Positions 24,151 to 36,545 of a stretch of DNA of 64,000 bases are shown piece after piece. How positions within the stretch are numbered: position 1 is the first letter of the stretch; every line of letters starts with the position of its first letter. The notes below the pieces were generated by a model. It was not told the origin of the DNA. It worked only from the letters and a program-made list of their open reading frames with translations, and did no database searches. Position numbers and translations under genes: made by a program. The DNA comes from Azolla caroliniana (lineage: Eukaryota > Plantae > Polypodiophyta). The stretch lies in assembly GCA_043228905.1 (NCBI GenBank), contig JBHGNT010000001.1:19406001-19470000 (forward strand), given 5' to 3'.

Positions 24151-27100
24151 GGGAGTATGTTATGTACACATAACGTTGGTGAGGGTAGGTCACTAATATT
24201 TACATTAGTGAAGGGTATGTTCACTATTATTAAAAAGGGGACTAATGATTGGATAGAATGAATGATATGTGCAAGCACTATCATGATTTAGACAACCAAT
24301 GAATAGAGAGCCTTTTAGAAAGGCACATCTATTCAAGGGACCTAGGAAAAGGTATAAATATGAGGCTTAGCTACCCTCATAGGGATCATCACGTCGGAAG
24401 GCTGCTGTCGTAGACACCGGTGGTGCGGGCTAGGCTTTCGTCTCGACGATCGTGTTTATCTCTTCCAAGGTATTAGTCATCCTAATATCCGGCGGTATGG
24501 GACGTCGGTGGTAGGTTGGCTATGTCTAGATCATAGCTCGGGGGTGGTCGGGTGGAACGGGTTCTTCTATCCAATCTATTTTCTTCCTTTTTACTTGATT
24601 TGGTCTATTGATTAGTAATAAACTCTTAACACACCCCCACCAACCTCGAGCTCTCGTAGTGTTGTGTCAGTGAACCGGTGTCCTATGCCGGCCGGATCTC
24701 GTAAACTTGGGTTCGACGACCTTTCATTTGTAACTCATTGCCCTCCGGCAAGGGTGCCGCGACTGGCCTCACCTTCTAGTCCATAGTCTTGTACTTCGTA
24801 TGCACATGGGCCGTCCGATTCGACTCGACCCTTCTTTCGAAGTCGGCGATGACTTTGTACATTCTTCCCGAACTAACCAGAATCGGCTGGTCTTCACTGA
24901 GGCCTTCTTCGAGCACGTTCCTCAGATCTCCCAAGGTATCATCGAAAGAGACTGCCTCCACGGCGTTGCCTATCACTTTGTCAGGGCCGAGGACTCCACG
25001 TGCCCTGAGACGTTCCTCCGGCCACCTCTTCTCCCGGCCACTAATGCCGGTTATTGTATAGCCTTTGTTGTTGGAGAACCAAAATTTCCTGTCCATCGTA
25101 CAGGGTTTCCTTCCCATGGTACACGTGTGGGATTTCACCGGGGTGTCCAGACTATCGCGGCCCCACGCCTTGATAGCCCTCTCTAAAAATCCCCTCAGCT
25201 TTCGCCGCCGAGGGTCTCGCGGTTACACTCGTGGTTCGGTCGCACCATCAGAAATTGGACGGATTGTCGCCCATCTTGACTCTTCACGCATGCATATGCC
25301 TAACCATTATCCAACACCTTCGTCCCCATGCGTGCTACCGTAATGTACGGTTCCCCGAGTATCACCGGATGGGAGGATGTTTCCTGCACGAAGAAGTGTT
25401 GGTCAATCTCGACATCGCCGATCTTTACTCATACATTTGGGCAGACCCTATGTACTTCCTCCGTGGCGCGCGTCGCCGCTCGTATTTTCCACCCGTGGTT
25501 GGTGTTGATCGGCCACTTACCCTTCTTGTAGAAGTTCATGGACATCAGGTTGATCTCCGAATTGTGGTCTACCAACGCCATCACCAGCTCCTGGACGCCT
25601 CGGTGGCCTAGCACCCCAGTTCAGTGCAATAAGGTTAGTCGTCCTCTCGAGGGAGAATCCTCCATCCTTCTTCAATGCTACTGGTCGAAGAAAATCATGT
25701 CCAAATGAGGAGCAATGTGCAAGAAGGACACATGCTCTATTCGAACACAGATGGAGGAACGGGACAAAGTTGTGGAAGAAGAGGCCAATTCGACCAAGGC
25801 CGTCACAACCAAGAACAACCCCGCGAACATAACTTCTACTACCGGCAAGATATTGCAAACATGCGAGATGGAGCATATGGGAGAAGGGGGAGCAATCATT
25901 CTGAACCAAGCCAACAAAACATCTTCCTCCAGTGTGGATACTGTGGCAAATTCAGCCATGATGAGGCAGAGTGTCGGAAGAAGAACAATGAGTCGGCCTT
26001 CACAAGCGGACAACTAACCAACTACGCCTCAAATTTTGACTATGATGATCGTGGCGGAATGTTCATGATGCGACATAGAACGAATTCGATGACGGCATCG
26101 TGCCCGACCAACACCTTCAGTTCAGAAAATGTATGGTTTGTCAACTCAGGTGCATCCAATCACATGACGTCTCATGAAGATTGGTTCCGAGAGCTACAAA
26201 AGCTCGATCAGCCTGGCTATGTGGAAAATGGGGATGACACAATTCACCCCATTTAACATGTAGGTGATGTCCCATTCGGCAAAGAGGACCACCAAACCTA
26301 CATCAAGATTGTCTCGCATGTTCCAACAATATCGAAGAATTTGGTTTCTGTTATCTAGATTGTGGAACAAGGCATGCATGTTCGATTCAACAATGGAGGA
26401 TGCTTCATCGAAAAGGAAGACTAAATTATCGCTCGCGTTCAAAGAGAATTTTATATGTTCATTCTCGATTCTCATAAGATGAAATCGGCAATGTTTGCCA
26501 AGGGCCATAGATCCAACACTGACATAGAGTTGTGACAAAAAAGGATTGGTCACATCAATATCTAGAAGCTCAAAGGAATGTAGTTGAAAGGAGTCTTCAT
26601 CAGACTCTCGACCTTTACCAGAAAGGAGATTACAGGTGTATACGAAGCCTACCAACTTGGTAAACAACATCGACAACCATTCCCGAAAGAGAGGAATGTG
26701 AGCAAATGGATCCTGGATGTAATACATTTAGATGTATGGGGACTAGCCCAAACGGCAACATTCGGTGGTTGCCGACATTATGTGATGTTTATAGACGACT
26801 TCTCGAAGCACACCTAGATATTCCCTACGCAAGAAAAGAGTGACGTGTTCTCACACTTCCAGAAATTTAAACACGAAGTCGAAAAGGCAACCTACCAACA
26901 TGTACGGTGCCTTCGATCAGTCAGAGGCAAAGAATACTTCTTGGACGCCTTCACAACATACCTTCAACAAGAAGGAATTTGGTGGGATTTTACTTACCGA
27001 CACACACCTCAATAAAACGTAGTAGTCGAAAGGAAAAATCGGCACATATTGGAGGTGGCAAGGGCAATGATGAATGAGAAAAATTTGCCAAAATCATATT

Positions 27101-28122
27101 GGAGAAGTTATACGGAAATGTTGAGATATCAAGTTCAACTAGATGTAGTTAGTTAGTCAACACACGTAACTTAGTAGTTACCTAGATAGAATCTAGTTAG
27201 TGCTTAAAGCCTTAAATAGGATTTTGTACTTGGATTGAATGTTCCTATCATGAGGACACCAGGAGCCAAGAAAGTATGCACGAAGACAAGTGAACCACCA
27301 CATCACTCCACGCGAGAAAAGAACGTAGTTAGCCGATTCGATGACAATGACTACATGCATATCACTATGCCTTTATGATGAAGGTGACGACAATTCGGGA
27401 ACTGGAAAGCTTTTCTGAAGTTGCTAAGGACCTACGATGGGTTGAAGTGATGACTGAGGAGATGCAAGCAGTCTCCCAAACGGAGACGTGGGATCTTGTA
27501 CCCTCTTCACACCACGAAAAGGCAATCATATGTTGGAGGATATTCAAGGTGAAGCACAATGCCAATGACACTGCCAATCGGTATAAGTCTAGGCTTGCAA
27601 AAGGGTATGCGCAGACATCGTGGTCGATTACGAAGAGACCTTTGCCCCGGTGGAAAAGATAACTACCATCTTAATCGTGATCATGCTTGTAGCAGGAAAA
27701 GGGTGGCACCTTCATCAAATGGATGCCAAGAACACCTTTATCCAAGGAGAATTAGATGAGGAGGTGTACATGGTACAACCACCCAAATTCAAGTTGAGTA
27801 CACACCTGATGTCAGGAACAGTACTGAGACAAAGAAGGAATTAGTACTAAATGAAGGATTAGTACTATGAGAGGTGTAGAACTTCTTCGAGAGAAGGAAG
27901 GAGTGAGCGAGACGGAGAGAAAGAGAGAGATCGAGAGAGAGAGAGAGAGTGATGATAAGAAAGATATGTATTATATGAAGAGAATATACAATGGTGGCTA
28001 AAAGGCTTAAGACAGGCGTTGAACCAATTTGGTTCAACATAATGCCTAGTGCCCTCTTTTATAGTGTTTTCAGGAGTAATCCTGAAGCTTCTAGAATGTT
28101 CCAGAGAAATCTGGAATATACA

Positions 28123-31100
28123 GGTGTATCCGAAGTTGAGGAGGTAGATCGAGACGAAAAGCGACATCATTAATCTGTCCAATAATACGGAAAGGACCTA
28201 ATCGCCGATAATCCAACTTCTCACATGGGCGAGTAGTCTTGATGTGTCGTCGTAGCAGCCACACCCGATCTCCAATATTAAAACTGGATGGAAGTCGATG
28301 ACGATCCGCGTAGACCTTGTGTGTTTGTTGAGCTTGCTGGTGATGAGTAGATAAATCTGCTTGTATCTTGCGTAACCGCTCCAAACGATCCTCCACGCAC
28401 GGATTTGTGGACACCTCTGGGGTTTCAAGGACACTCCACCGGGGGTGACATCCCGTATAAGCATAAAATGGCGTAACTTTAGTGGATGCGTGGATAGAGT
28501 TGTTATAGGCAAATTCGGCGAAGTGGAGAATATCTGCCCAGTCGTCCTAATGATAACTGAGAAAGCACCGCAGATACTGCTCCAGCGTTTGATTTGTTCA
28601 TTCAGCTTGGCCGTCGGTTTGTGGGTGGTAGCCGGAGGAGAGGTTACAAGAGACCTTGAGCATGTTAAAAAGGTGCTTCCAGAATTTTGACACAAACTGG
28701 GGTCCACGGTCCCTGATGATACTATCGGGAAGTCCATGATGCCGACATACTTCACGCATGACAATTTCGGCAGTGTCTTCACTGGAGATCTCCTTAGTAC
28801 ATGGCAAGAAATGAGCCATCTTCGTGTATCGATCGACCACCATTAGAATCGCATTGAACCCCTTAGAGACTGGAAGATCTGTGATGAAGTCTAGAGCAAT
28901 GGATTGCCACGTCTTGCTTGGAATTGGTAATGGTTCTAATAAACCATATGGATGATGCCTTGGCATTTTCGCTCTGCAACATGTATCACAAGTCCGAACA
29001 AAATCCTCGACATATTGTCGCATACAGGGCCACCAGAATGATCGTTGTACTAAATGTAATGTTTTAGTACTACCAAAATGCCCAGCTGTATATGTGTCAT
29101 GGTAGTTTTGAACTACTCGAAGGCGGCAAGAACCATTAGGAACATACAAAAGTTCTTTAAAGAAGAGTAATCCATCATGGAATTTGAATTGCCGATAGTC
29201 CGTACCTAGTGGTTGCAACTGTGAACACGACGCTCGAGAGGGATCAATTTGTGCTAGTATAGCTTGGGCGAACGCATCGGTCTTCAAGTCTTCACGTATG
29301 GTATCGATAACGCGGGAATCCATGGGCATGTCAAAGATCTGTGTTGCTTGTAGTCGTGCCGGTCCCAAGATGACTTGTTTTTGGTTATCGAAAGCTGGCT
29401 CGCCTGGACGGGGTGCTAGATACGAACGTCATGATAATGCATCTGCCTTCCCTTGGTGCTTCCCCAGACGATATGTAATTTTGAAGTCGAAATGCGTGAG
29501 GAAGTGGGCCCACCGAGGTTGACGTCGATTCAACACACGAGCATCCTGAAAGTAGGCAAGATTCTTGTGATCACTAAATACGGTGACTGGATGAGAGGAT
29601 CCCTCCAGAAAATGCCTCCATTGCATAAAAGAATCCACTATTGCCAATAGCTCCTTATCATGAATTTCGTAGTTAATTTCGGCGGCGTCAAACTTGCGTG
29701 AGTGAAAAGCCACAGGATGTAGCTTCTCATCATTCCCCTGTTGTGACAGAATGCTCCCCAATGCAAAATCCGATGAGTCAGCTTCGATAATGAATGCTTT
29801 TTCCAGATCGACATGAGCTAGAATTGGAGCCGATGTAAATGCCTTTTTAAGACTCTCGAAAGCCATGTCCATTTCTTCAGACCAAATGAACGGTTGTCCC
29901 TTCCTGGTAAGTTGTGTGAGAGGTAGAACGATCTTTGAGTAATCTTGTATGAACTTTCGGTAAAAATTGGCAAAGCCTAGGAAGCATTGCACATCCCGCA
30001 CCGAACGCGGAGTCTGCCATTCTACCACCGTTTTGACCTTAGCTGGGTCCATGGAGATGCCTTCTGACGAAATGATGTAGCCGAGAAATTCCACTTGGTT
30101 GCACCCGAAACTACATTTTTCCAGCTTTGCATACAGACCATGTTCTCGAAGTCGTTTTAGTACTAATAGTACATGAGAATCATGTTCTTCTTGGGTCTTT
30201 GAATAAACCAGTAGATCATCCAAATAGATGATCAAACAATCATCCAATAGATCTCGGAATATATCATTAGCCATGTGTTGGAAGACTGTCGGCGCATTAG
30301 TGAGGCCGAACGGCATGACCGTATACTCGAAGTGCCCATATCTGGTGCGAAACGCGGTCTTCCATTCGTCTCCTAGTCGGATCCGTACGAGGTTATATGC
30401 TCCCCGTAAGTCGATCTTCGTGTAGAACCTAGCACCATTGATCCGTTCTAAAAGACTTGAGATAAGGGGAAGAGCATACCTATTCCTGATTGTAACCTTA
30501 TTCAAGCCACGGTAATCTACAACGAGACGAAGCGATCCATCTTTTTTCTTGATGAAGAAAATGGGCGTGCCGGCTGGAGATTTCGAATGTCGAATGAAAC
30601 CATTTTCCAAATTCTCCTCGATATAGGCCCGAAGGACTTCCAGCTCGGTTGGTGACAAAGTGTAGATCAGTCCCCATGGCGGCTCTTTTCCCGGTTGTAA
30701 ATCGATGGGGCAATCGTACGGTCGATGATGAGGAAGTGTGTTGGCTTGTACTTTATCGAACACATCGACGTAATGACGATACTTCTCAGGAAGTTGAACG
30801 GTGGATTCTTCTTTAGTGGTGCTGGAGGGGTTTACTGATATTGCAAAGAGGAACATTTCCTCCTCGCACCCTTCTTTACGCAATTGACGTAGCAAAATGG
30901 TTGCCATCTTCTGAGTTGTCCCTTGGGTTTGTCGACACCAGATTTCTCTTGTTCTCCAATCTATGTCTGGGTTATGTAACTCGAAACACGGTAATCCTAA
31001 AACTATAGGATGTTCTGGGATACTAATAATATTAAATGATACTACACATGCTAAGTTATCTAGGACAATATTAATGGGCTCTGACTCTTCTATGATATTT

Positions 31101-31381
31101 CCGGAAGCAATGGGACGTCCATCAATGACTACTACAGAGGCTGGACACTGGAGTTTTCTTAGGGATATCTTATGAGCTTGAGCAAATTTCTTATCCATAA
31201 AGCAAGAGTTAGCTCCGGAATCTAGGAGTGCTAGGACATGTACTGGAGGGGTACTTTTAGTACTAACTATTACTTGGGCTACGAACACATCACTAACTTG
31301 CTTAGAGGGAATGGAACCACTAATGGGCTGCACAGATCTAGGGCTGTCCAACCAAACGGCTCCTATTTTGGCTGGAATTAG
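28123..31381 (-). pseudogene. pol (PR, RT, RNase H, integrase) with a few stops/frameshifts
   Basis: LLDSGA, GSLRLVVDYRGLN, IYLDD, EADSSD, GHFG..KT, HPQTDGQ, RLGPF. Confidence 0.93.
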
Positions 31382-32529
31382 TCGTTTAACTCTTCTTCTA
31401 ACTGACTAAGGACATCAAATTTGTTCGCTAGATCTGGGCTATTAGTACTATTAGGACTATCAGATATCCCTACTGAAATAGGCTCGGGTTTAGTACAATT
31501 AGAACTAGTGACTATTTGGTTTACCTGTCTTCTTGGCCTATGGGGGCAATTTATTGCGATATGTCCTGGTCCACCGCAGTAAAGACATGGTCGATTTGTA
31601 CAGCGTCGCTGCTTTTCTTCTTCGGATAATGGCCCTCGACGACGTGTAGTGTCAATCTTCATCGGAGTCGGAGTATTCGCTGGAGGCGCATTATATGACT
31701 CCCTCGGAAAAGGTCTTGCTACCACTGAGGCGTAGGTGGGCTTTGTTCTAGGCCTCGGTATCTGTAGTTGTCTTTCCGAACGTCGCTCAAAGAGGCAGTT
31801 GTCACATCTCACCGCGCGACTGATTGCTTCTGTTAAGGACTTTGGTTCTTCAAGGAAGGTCAAGAGTAAATCCTTGACGTCGTTGCGTAAACCATAACGG
31901 AATTGCTCCATCAATGCTTGATCATCCCAAGGGATATCGGCGGCGAGTAGGCGAAAATCTGCAGCATATGCGGAGGTTGGACGGTCACCTTGGCGTAATC
32001 ACCGAATTTTGTTGATTGCGGTCCTGATGCTGTCAGTATCTCCGAAAAATGCTTTAAACTCACCTAGAAACTCTTCAAAATTGTTGAGTAACGGAGATTC
32101 CTTTTCTAATAGTGGAGCGAACCATGACAACGCTGAGCCACTTAACAAAGTGCCTACTAAACCCACTCATGATGCATCGGTGGGATATCGGGAAGGATGC
32201 ATTTGGATAACTAATCGTACCTGGTTAAGGAACCCTCTAAACTGCGATCACGTTCCATCGAACTTCGTGGGAAGGCCAATCTTGGGTTCTTTATGAATCC
32301 CTTGTGTTCCGGGCCTTTGTTGTTGCATCGCTACGATGGTTGCTTCGAGTTGTTGCACGTGTAATGCAAGTTCCCCATGTTGTTGTTGTGTTTGCTACTT
32401 TTCTAAGGAGATTTGCTGAAGATCCCCCAGCAACCGTTGGTTTTCTTGTTCCAAAGCATGGAACTTCTCTTTCAAGCATTGAAATTCCGAGAAAATAGAT
32501 TGATATTCTTCAGCGCTAACAGTGGCCAT
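31378..32529 (-). pseudogene. gag (frameshifted)
   Basis: Homologous to 198-926; CLYCGGPGHIAINC knuckle. Confidence 0.9.
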
Positions 32530-34194
32530 GGGATGAAAGAAAAGAGGAATAAGAGATTAGTAGGAAATGAGAGAGATAGACGGTAGGCAAATTGGTTCAA
32601 ATTGTCAGGAACAATACTGAGACAGAGAAGGAATTAGTACTAAACGAAGGATTAGTACTATGAGAGGTGTAGAACTTCTTCGAGAGAAGTAAGGAGTGAG
32701 CGAGACGGAGAGAGAGAGAGAGATCGAGAGAGAGAGAGAGAGTGATGATAAGAAAGATATGTATTATATGAAGAGAATATACAAAGGTGGCTAAAAGGCT
32801 TAAGTCTGGCGTTTAACCAATTTGGTTTAACATAATGCCTAGTGCCCTCTTTTATAGTGTTTTCAGGAGTAATCCTGAAGCTTCTAGAATGTTCCAGAGA
32901 AATCTGGAATATACACTAATTTCCTATAATAAAATGTAAATGAAAATAATATTCTATGTATTACAATAGATGGTCTAATGGTCAAGAGCTCAACCCATAT
33001 AACCTAAGGTCATGGGTTCGAGTCTTGCCATATCATGACACCTGACTGTTGTCTTCCAACTCAAAAAGTCTCTCTATGGTCTCAAGGCGCCACCTAGAGC
33101 ATGCCATTCGAAGATAACCCAATATCTTTACCAAATCGGCTTCAAAATGTCCAAGTTCAACAATTCTTTGTTCATCCTGAATGACTCCAGAAGACATCTA
33201 CTCATTATAATTTATGTGGATAACATGGTCATTGGAGGAGAGCATATTAGGGTAATCGAGCATACCAAGAAGCTACTCTCCGATCGATTCGAAATGAAAG
33301 ACATGAAGGAGGTACATTACTTTTTAGGTATAGAAGTAATTCGGACTCATGGTGGCATCATGATCTCCTAATGACACTATATCCTCAATTTTCTCTTTAA
33401 GTTTGGGATGGCAGAGTGTAAGCCCGTTGCCACCCTTCTCAATCAATATCTAAAGCTGGATGCCGACTCTGGCACAAAAGAGTGTGAGCCAACTCACTAT
33501 TGCCAATGCGTCGGGAACCTGATCTATCTCACCATTATTCAGCCCGACCTCAGCTACACGGTCGGCCTCCTTTGCCAGTTTATGCAAACACCAGGAAACA
33601 TTCACCTGGGTTGTGCTAAGCAAGTTTTACGCTATGTAAGTGGGATGATGGATTTTGGCATCCTCTACAAATCAGCCACACCGATTCGTCTCAAAGGATA
33701 CACCAATTCTGACAGGGCTAGTTACAAAGTCGATAGATGATCAACATCAGGATTCGTCTTCTCCCTCGATAGTGAAGCCATATCGTGGAGCAGTAAGAAG
33801 CAGCCGACTGTCACACTATTGAGCACAAAGGCCGAATATATGGGTGCGGCAGCTACTGCATGTGAAGCTATGTGGCTGAAGAGAATCTTGAAGGGGTGTT
33901 TGACGGGGCATGTTGAGAATCAAACTCAACTTCCTTAGTGTGGGAAGACACCTTTGGAATACCCAAGTGTGTGAGCATCCCACATTGTTGTATCAAAAAC
34001 TAAGTGTCATAGAAGTTAAGTTCAATGACACATATTTAGTAGGTAGTTAAGTCTCCACCTCTTTTCCAAGTGGTGGTTGTAGTGAGAGAACATAGAGAGA
34101 AGGTGTCTACATATGCACCCTATCCTCTCCTTTGTAATAGTTGGTTGTCTTATTCTCTTATTAATATAGTTTCTATGTTTCTGTATACTCCGTG

Positions 34195-34248
<54 letters not shown>

Positions 34249-36360
34249 TTCCACTACACATAATCACACTCGATTCTTTACAGGAAACAAGTCCCTCTAG
34301 ATGGGATGCCTCAATCAGCTGAATCTGGACAAGGAACCGAATTGGTCAGGAAGACATCCGACAGGCATTCAGAATCTAAGATCTGGAAAGCATCCGGATT
34401 CCCGATCTAGCCGTAGCCAATTAGAGGGTATATTTGTAAATAACCATTACAACATATAAGTATATATATACTTAGGGCTAGCATGTTAGTGTTGTTGTTG
34501 TAGAGTTAGTTATCACTGTACATAGTGAGTGAGAACTCCTTTTTTTAACCGTCAGTTAGGCGAAGAGGAGCATAAGTTTGTTGCCTTATAGTGTCCTGTG
34601 TACTTCTTCTCCCACTTTTTAGTGATTATTTGGAGTTTGTGGACTCCCATGGTTTTTCCCTTTCAGGATTTTCCATGTTAATATCTGGTGTCATTGTGTT
34701 GTTGTAGTATCTCTATGTTTAGTACTCTATTTTCCCCCTTTTGTGCTTGTTACTCGGTTATGTCTAAGTCCCATTTCCGAACAAACTAGTATTAGAGAAA
34801 ACTTGGTTCATAACCTTCAAGTGAAAGAAAATGGAAGACTCGGCTGGTGGAATTTTCAAGCTAACCGGCTCTAACTACTCGCCATGGAAGTCGAAGATGA
34901 GGGACATGTTGGTATGCAAAGAGTTATGGTTGCCGGTGCAATACGACAATACCAAGCCCGACAAGATAAACGAACCAACTTGGGAAGTCTTGCATTTGAA
35001 GGCAACGACATACATAAGGTGTTTTATAGACATGAGTCTATACAACAACTTTAACGAAGAGACAGATGTCGTAAACAAGAAGATCGGGGTCATGTTCGAA
35101 AACAAGAACGTCGTAAACAGAGTCTTAGTTTTCAAGAAGATAGTGAGATTGAAGATATTGGGATGGCTCAAGCATGGCTAAGCATCTGACTGCCTTCCAA
35201 GGATTGATCAATCAAACCACCTCTTTGGCCAGCGAGGTATTAACACTACTATTACTTGGATCCCTTCCGGACAATTGGGAGAGGCTAGTGGTAACCTTAA
35301 GCAACGCGGGACCACAAGGGAAGCAATTATCCCTACTGATGGTGAAGTCGAGCTTGTTGAATGAAGAAGCTCGCTCGAAGGACAGAGAGTCCCGCATTGA
35401 TCATAAGGTCCTAGTCACAGAACAAGACTCCTACAAAGGAAGGGGCCGGCAGAGAAGTCCGCAAAATAGGGACCAGTCCAGACCAAGGTCAAAGTTGAAG
35501 GGAAGAAACACGTGCTTCTATTGTCGGAAGCCGGGGCACTTCCAAAAGAACTCACAACATTACCAAAAGGACAAAGGGGGAGCTGACGGTGTTGAGCTGA
35601 AGAAGATTCCGAACAACAAAAACACCTCAACCATCACCGCAAGTGAGGACGAGCTCCTGTTCATCAGCAAATAGAACGAAGTAAACCTCACTAGGGAAGA
35701 ATCGACATGGGTGGTCAATTCCGGTGCATCGTTTCACCTTACCCCCAACAGAGAATGCTTCTCATCATATACAACCGGTGATCACGGATATGTGAATCTA
35801 TGGGAAATGATGATGCATGCAATTAATTAAGGTAATTAAGTATGGGTTAATTAGTACCTAATTAAGTGATTAAGCTAAGCGGAAGATTAAGGGATATGTG
35901 TGTGTATGTGTGTGAGAGGAAGAGAGAGAGGAAATTACACTTATGAACACAAGATGGGGGATGGTTAACTCTATATTAAATTAGCATCATCATCATCAAA
36001 TACAAAAATACCTAGAATGAGGTATATATATAACTCATGTGCAATGGTGCACATGTATGAGTAGAATATAGGTACAAGGATGTAAGTCCTATATTCAATA
36101 TACTTGGTAGTGGAGGATCTTGAATGTATCCCCACTTACATACAAGTACAAAATCCTATTTAAGGGTTTAAGGTCAACACTTCTAAGTAGATTCTATCTA
36201 GGTAACTACTAAGTTACGTATGTTGACTAAACAACTAAACTAAGTCTAGGTTGATATATCTCAACACGCCCCCTGAAGCTCAAGTGTGAGGCATCCAACA
36301 TCCGGTTCTACTTTCGGCATTGTCCGGATTTCGATGTCGGCTTCTGTGCGGCTTTCGGCA

Positions 36361-36545
36361 TCGGCTTCTGCATCATGGCAGTTTCGGTTCCTCCCCCTCA
36401 AGCCTGTGATGAAGGCTTGGGTCGGCTTCTGCATCGTGGCAGTTTCGGTTCCTCCCTCTCAAGCCTGTGACGAAGGCTTGGGTCGGCTTCTGCATCGTGG
36501 CAGTTTCGGTTCCTCCCCCTCAAGCCTGTGATGAAGGCTTTCACC
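36361..36545. repeat. 61-bp tandem repeat x3 in the copia-3 3' region
   Basis: Units start at 36361, 36422 and 36483 (TCGGCTTCTGCATCGTGGCAGTTTCGG...). Confidence 0.9.

Larger units (their letters stand above)
17601..24631 (+). mobile_element. Intact young chromovirus (Ty3/gypsy) LTR retrotransposon
   Basis: 474-bp LTRs at 17601-18074 and 24158-24631, with one difference seen by eye. TSD CACCC, tRNA-iMet PBS TGGTATCAGAGC (18076-18087), PPT 24144-24157. Confidence 0.97.
14895..25610 (-). mobile_element. Degenerate gypsy family Z copy 1 (PR, RT, RH, IN), host of the intact chromovirus
   Basis: VDHNSEINLM (PR), WFTVPKK..LRFIQDLQPVN, FLDD, VDTSP, WAGHRG.W..WWPG.Y, WFGPY. Confidence 0.88.
27810..33040 (-). 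mobile_element. Tcn1-like gypsy copy 2; integrase C-terminus, PPT and 3'-LTR U3 deleted
   Basis: Perfect TSD CCTGA. 5' LTR is 32603-33040. The partial 3' LTR (27810-28122) is fused directly to integrase codons LRIH. Confidence 0.95.
25611..34282 (+). mobile_element. Degenerate copia '1' (gag 3' half to RNase H, 3' LTR 33911-34282), split by Tcn1-like copy 2
   Basis: CGYCGKFSHDEAEC, WFVNSGASNHMT, IHLDVWG, HQMDAKN, YVDNM, WSSKKQ. An LTR fragment of the copia-3 family lies at ~27119-27235. Confidence 0.85.

Noticed and set aside
32964-33036. Functional tRNA gene
   Set aside because: The anticodon and acceptor stems do not pair in the present sequence; reported only as tRNA-derived.
34195-34248. 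(CT)n(CA)n and other GA/CT microsatellites
   Set aside because: Ordinary LTR R/U5 simple repeats.
36361-36545. Hammerhead ribozyme or CRISPR array in the 61-bp repeats
   Set aside because: The TGATGA and GAAAC-like motifs lie on opposite strands; there are no unique spacers or cas genes.
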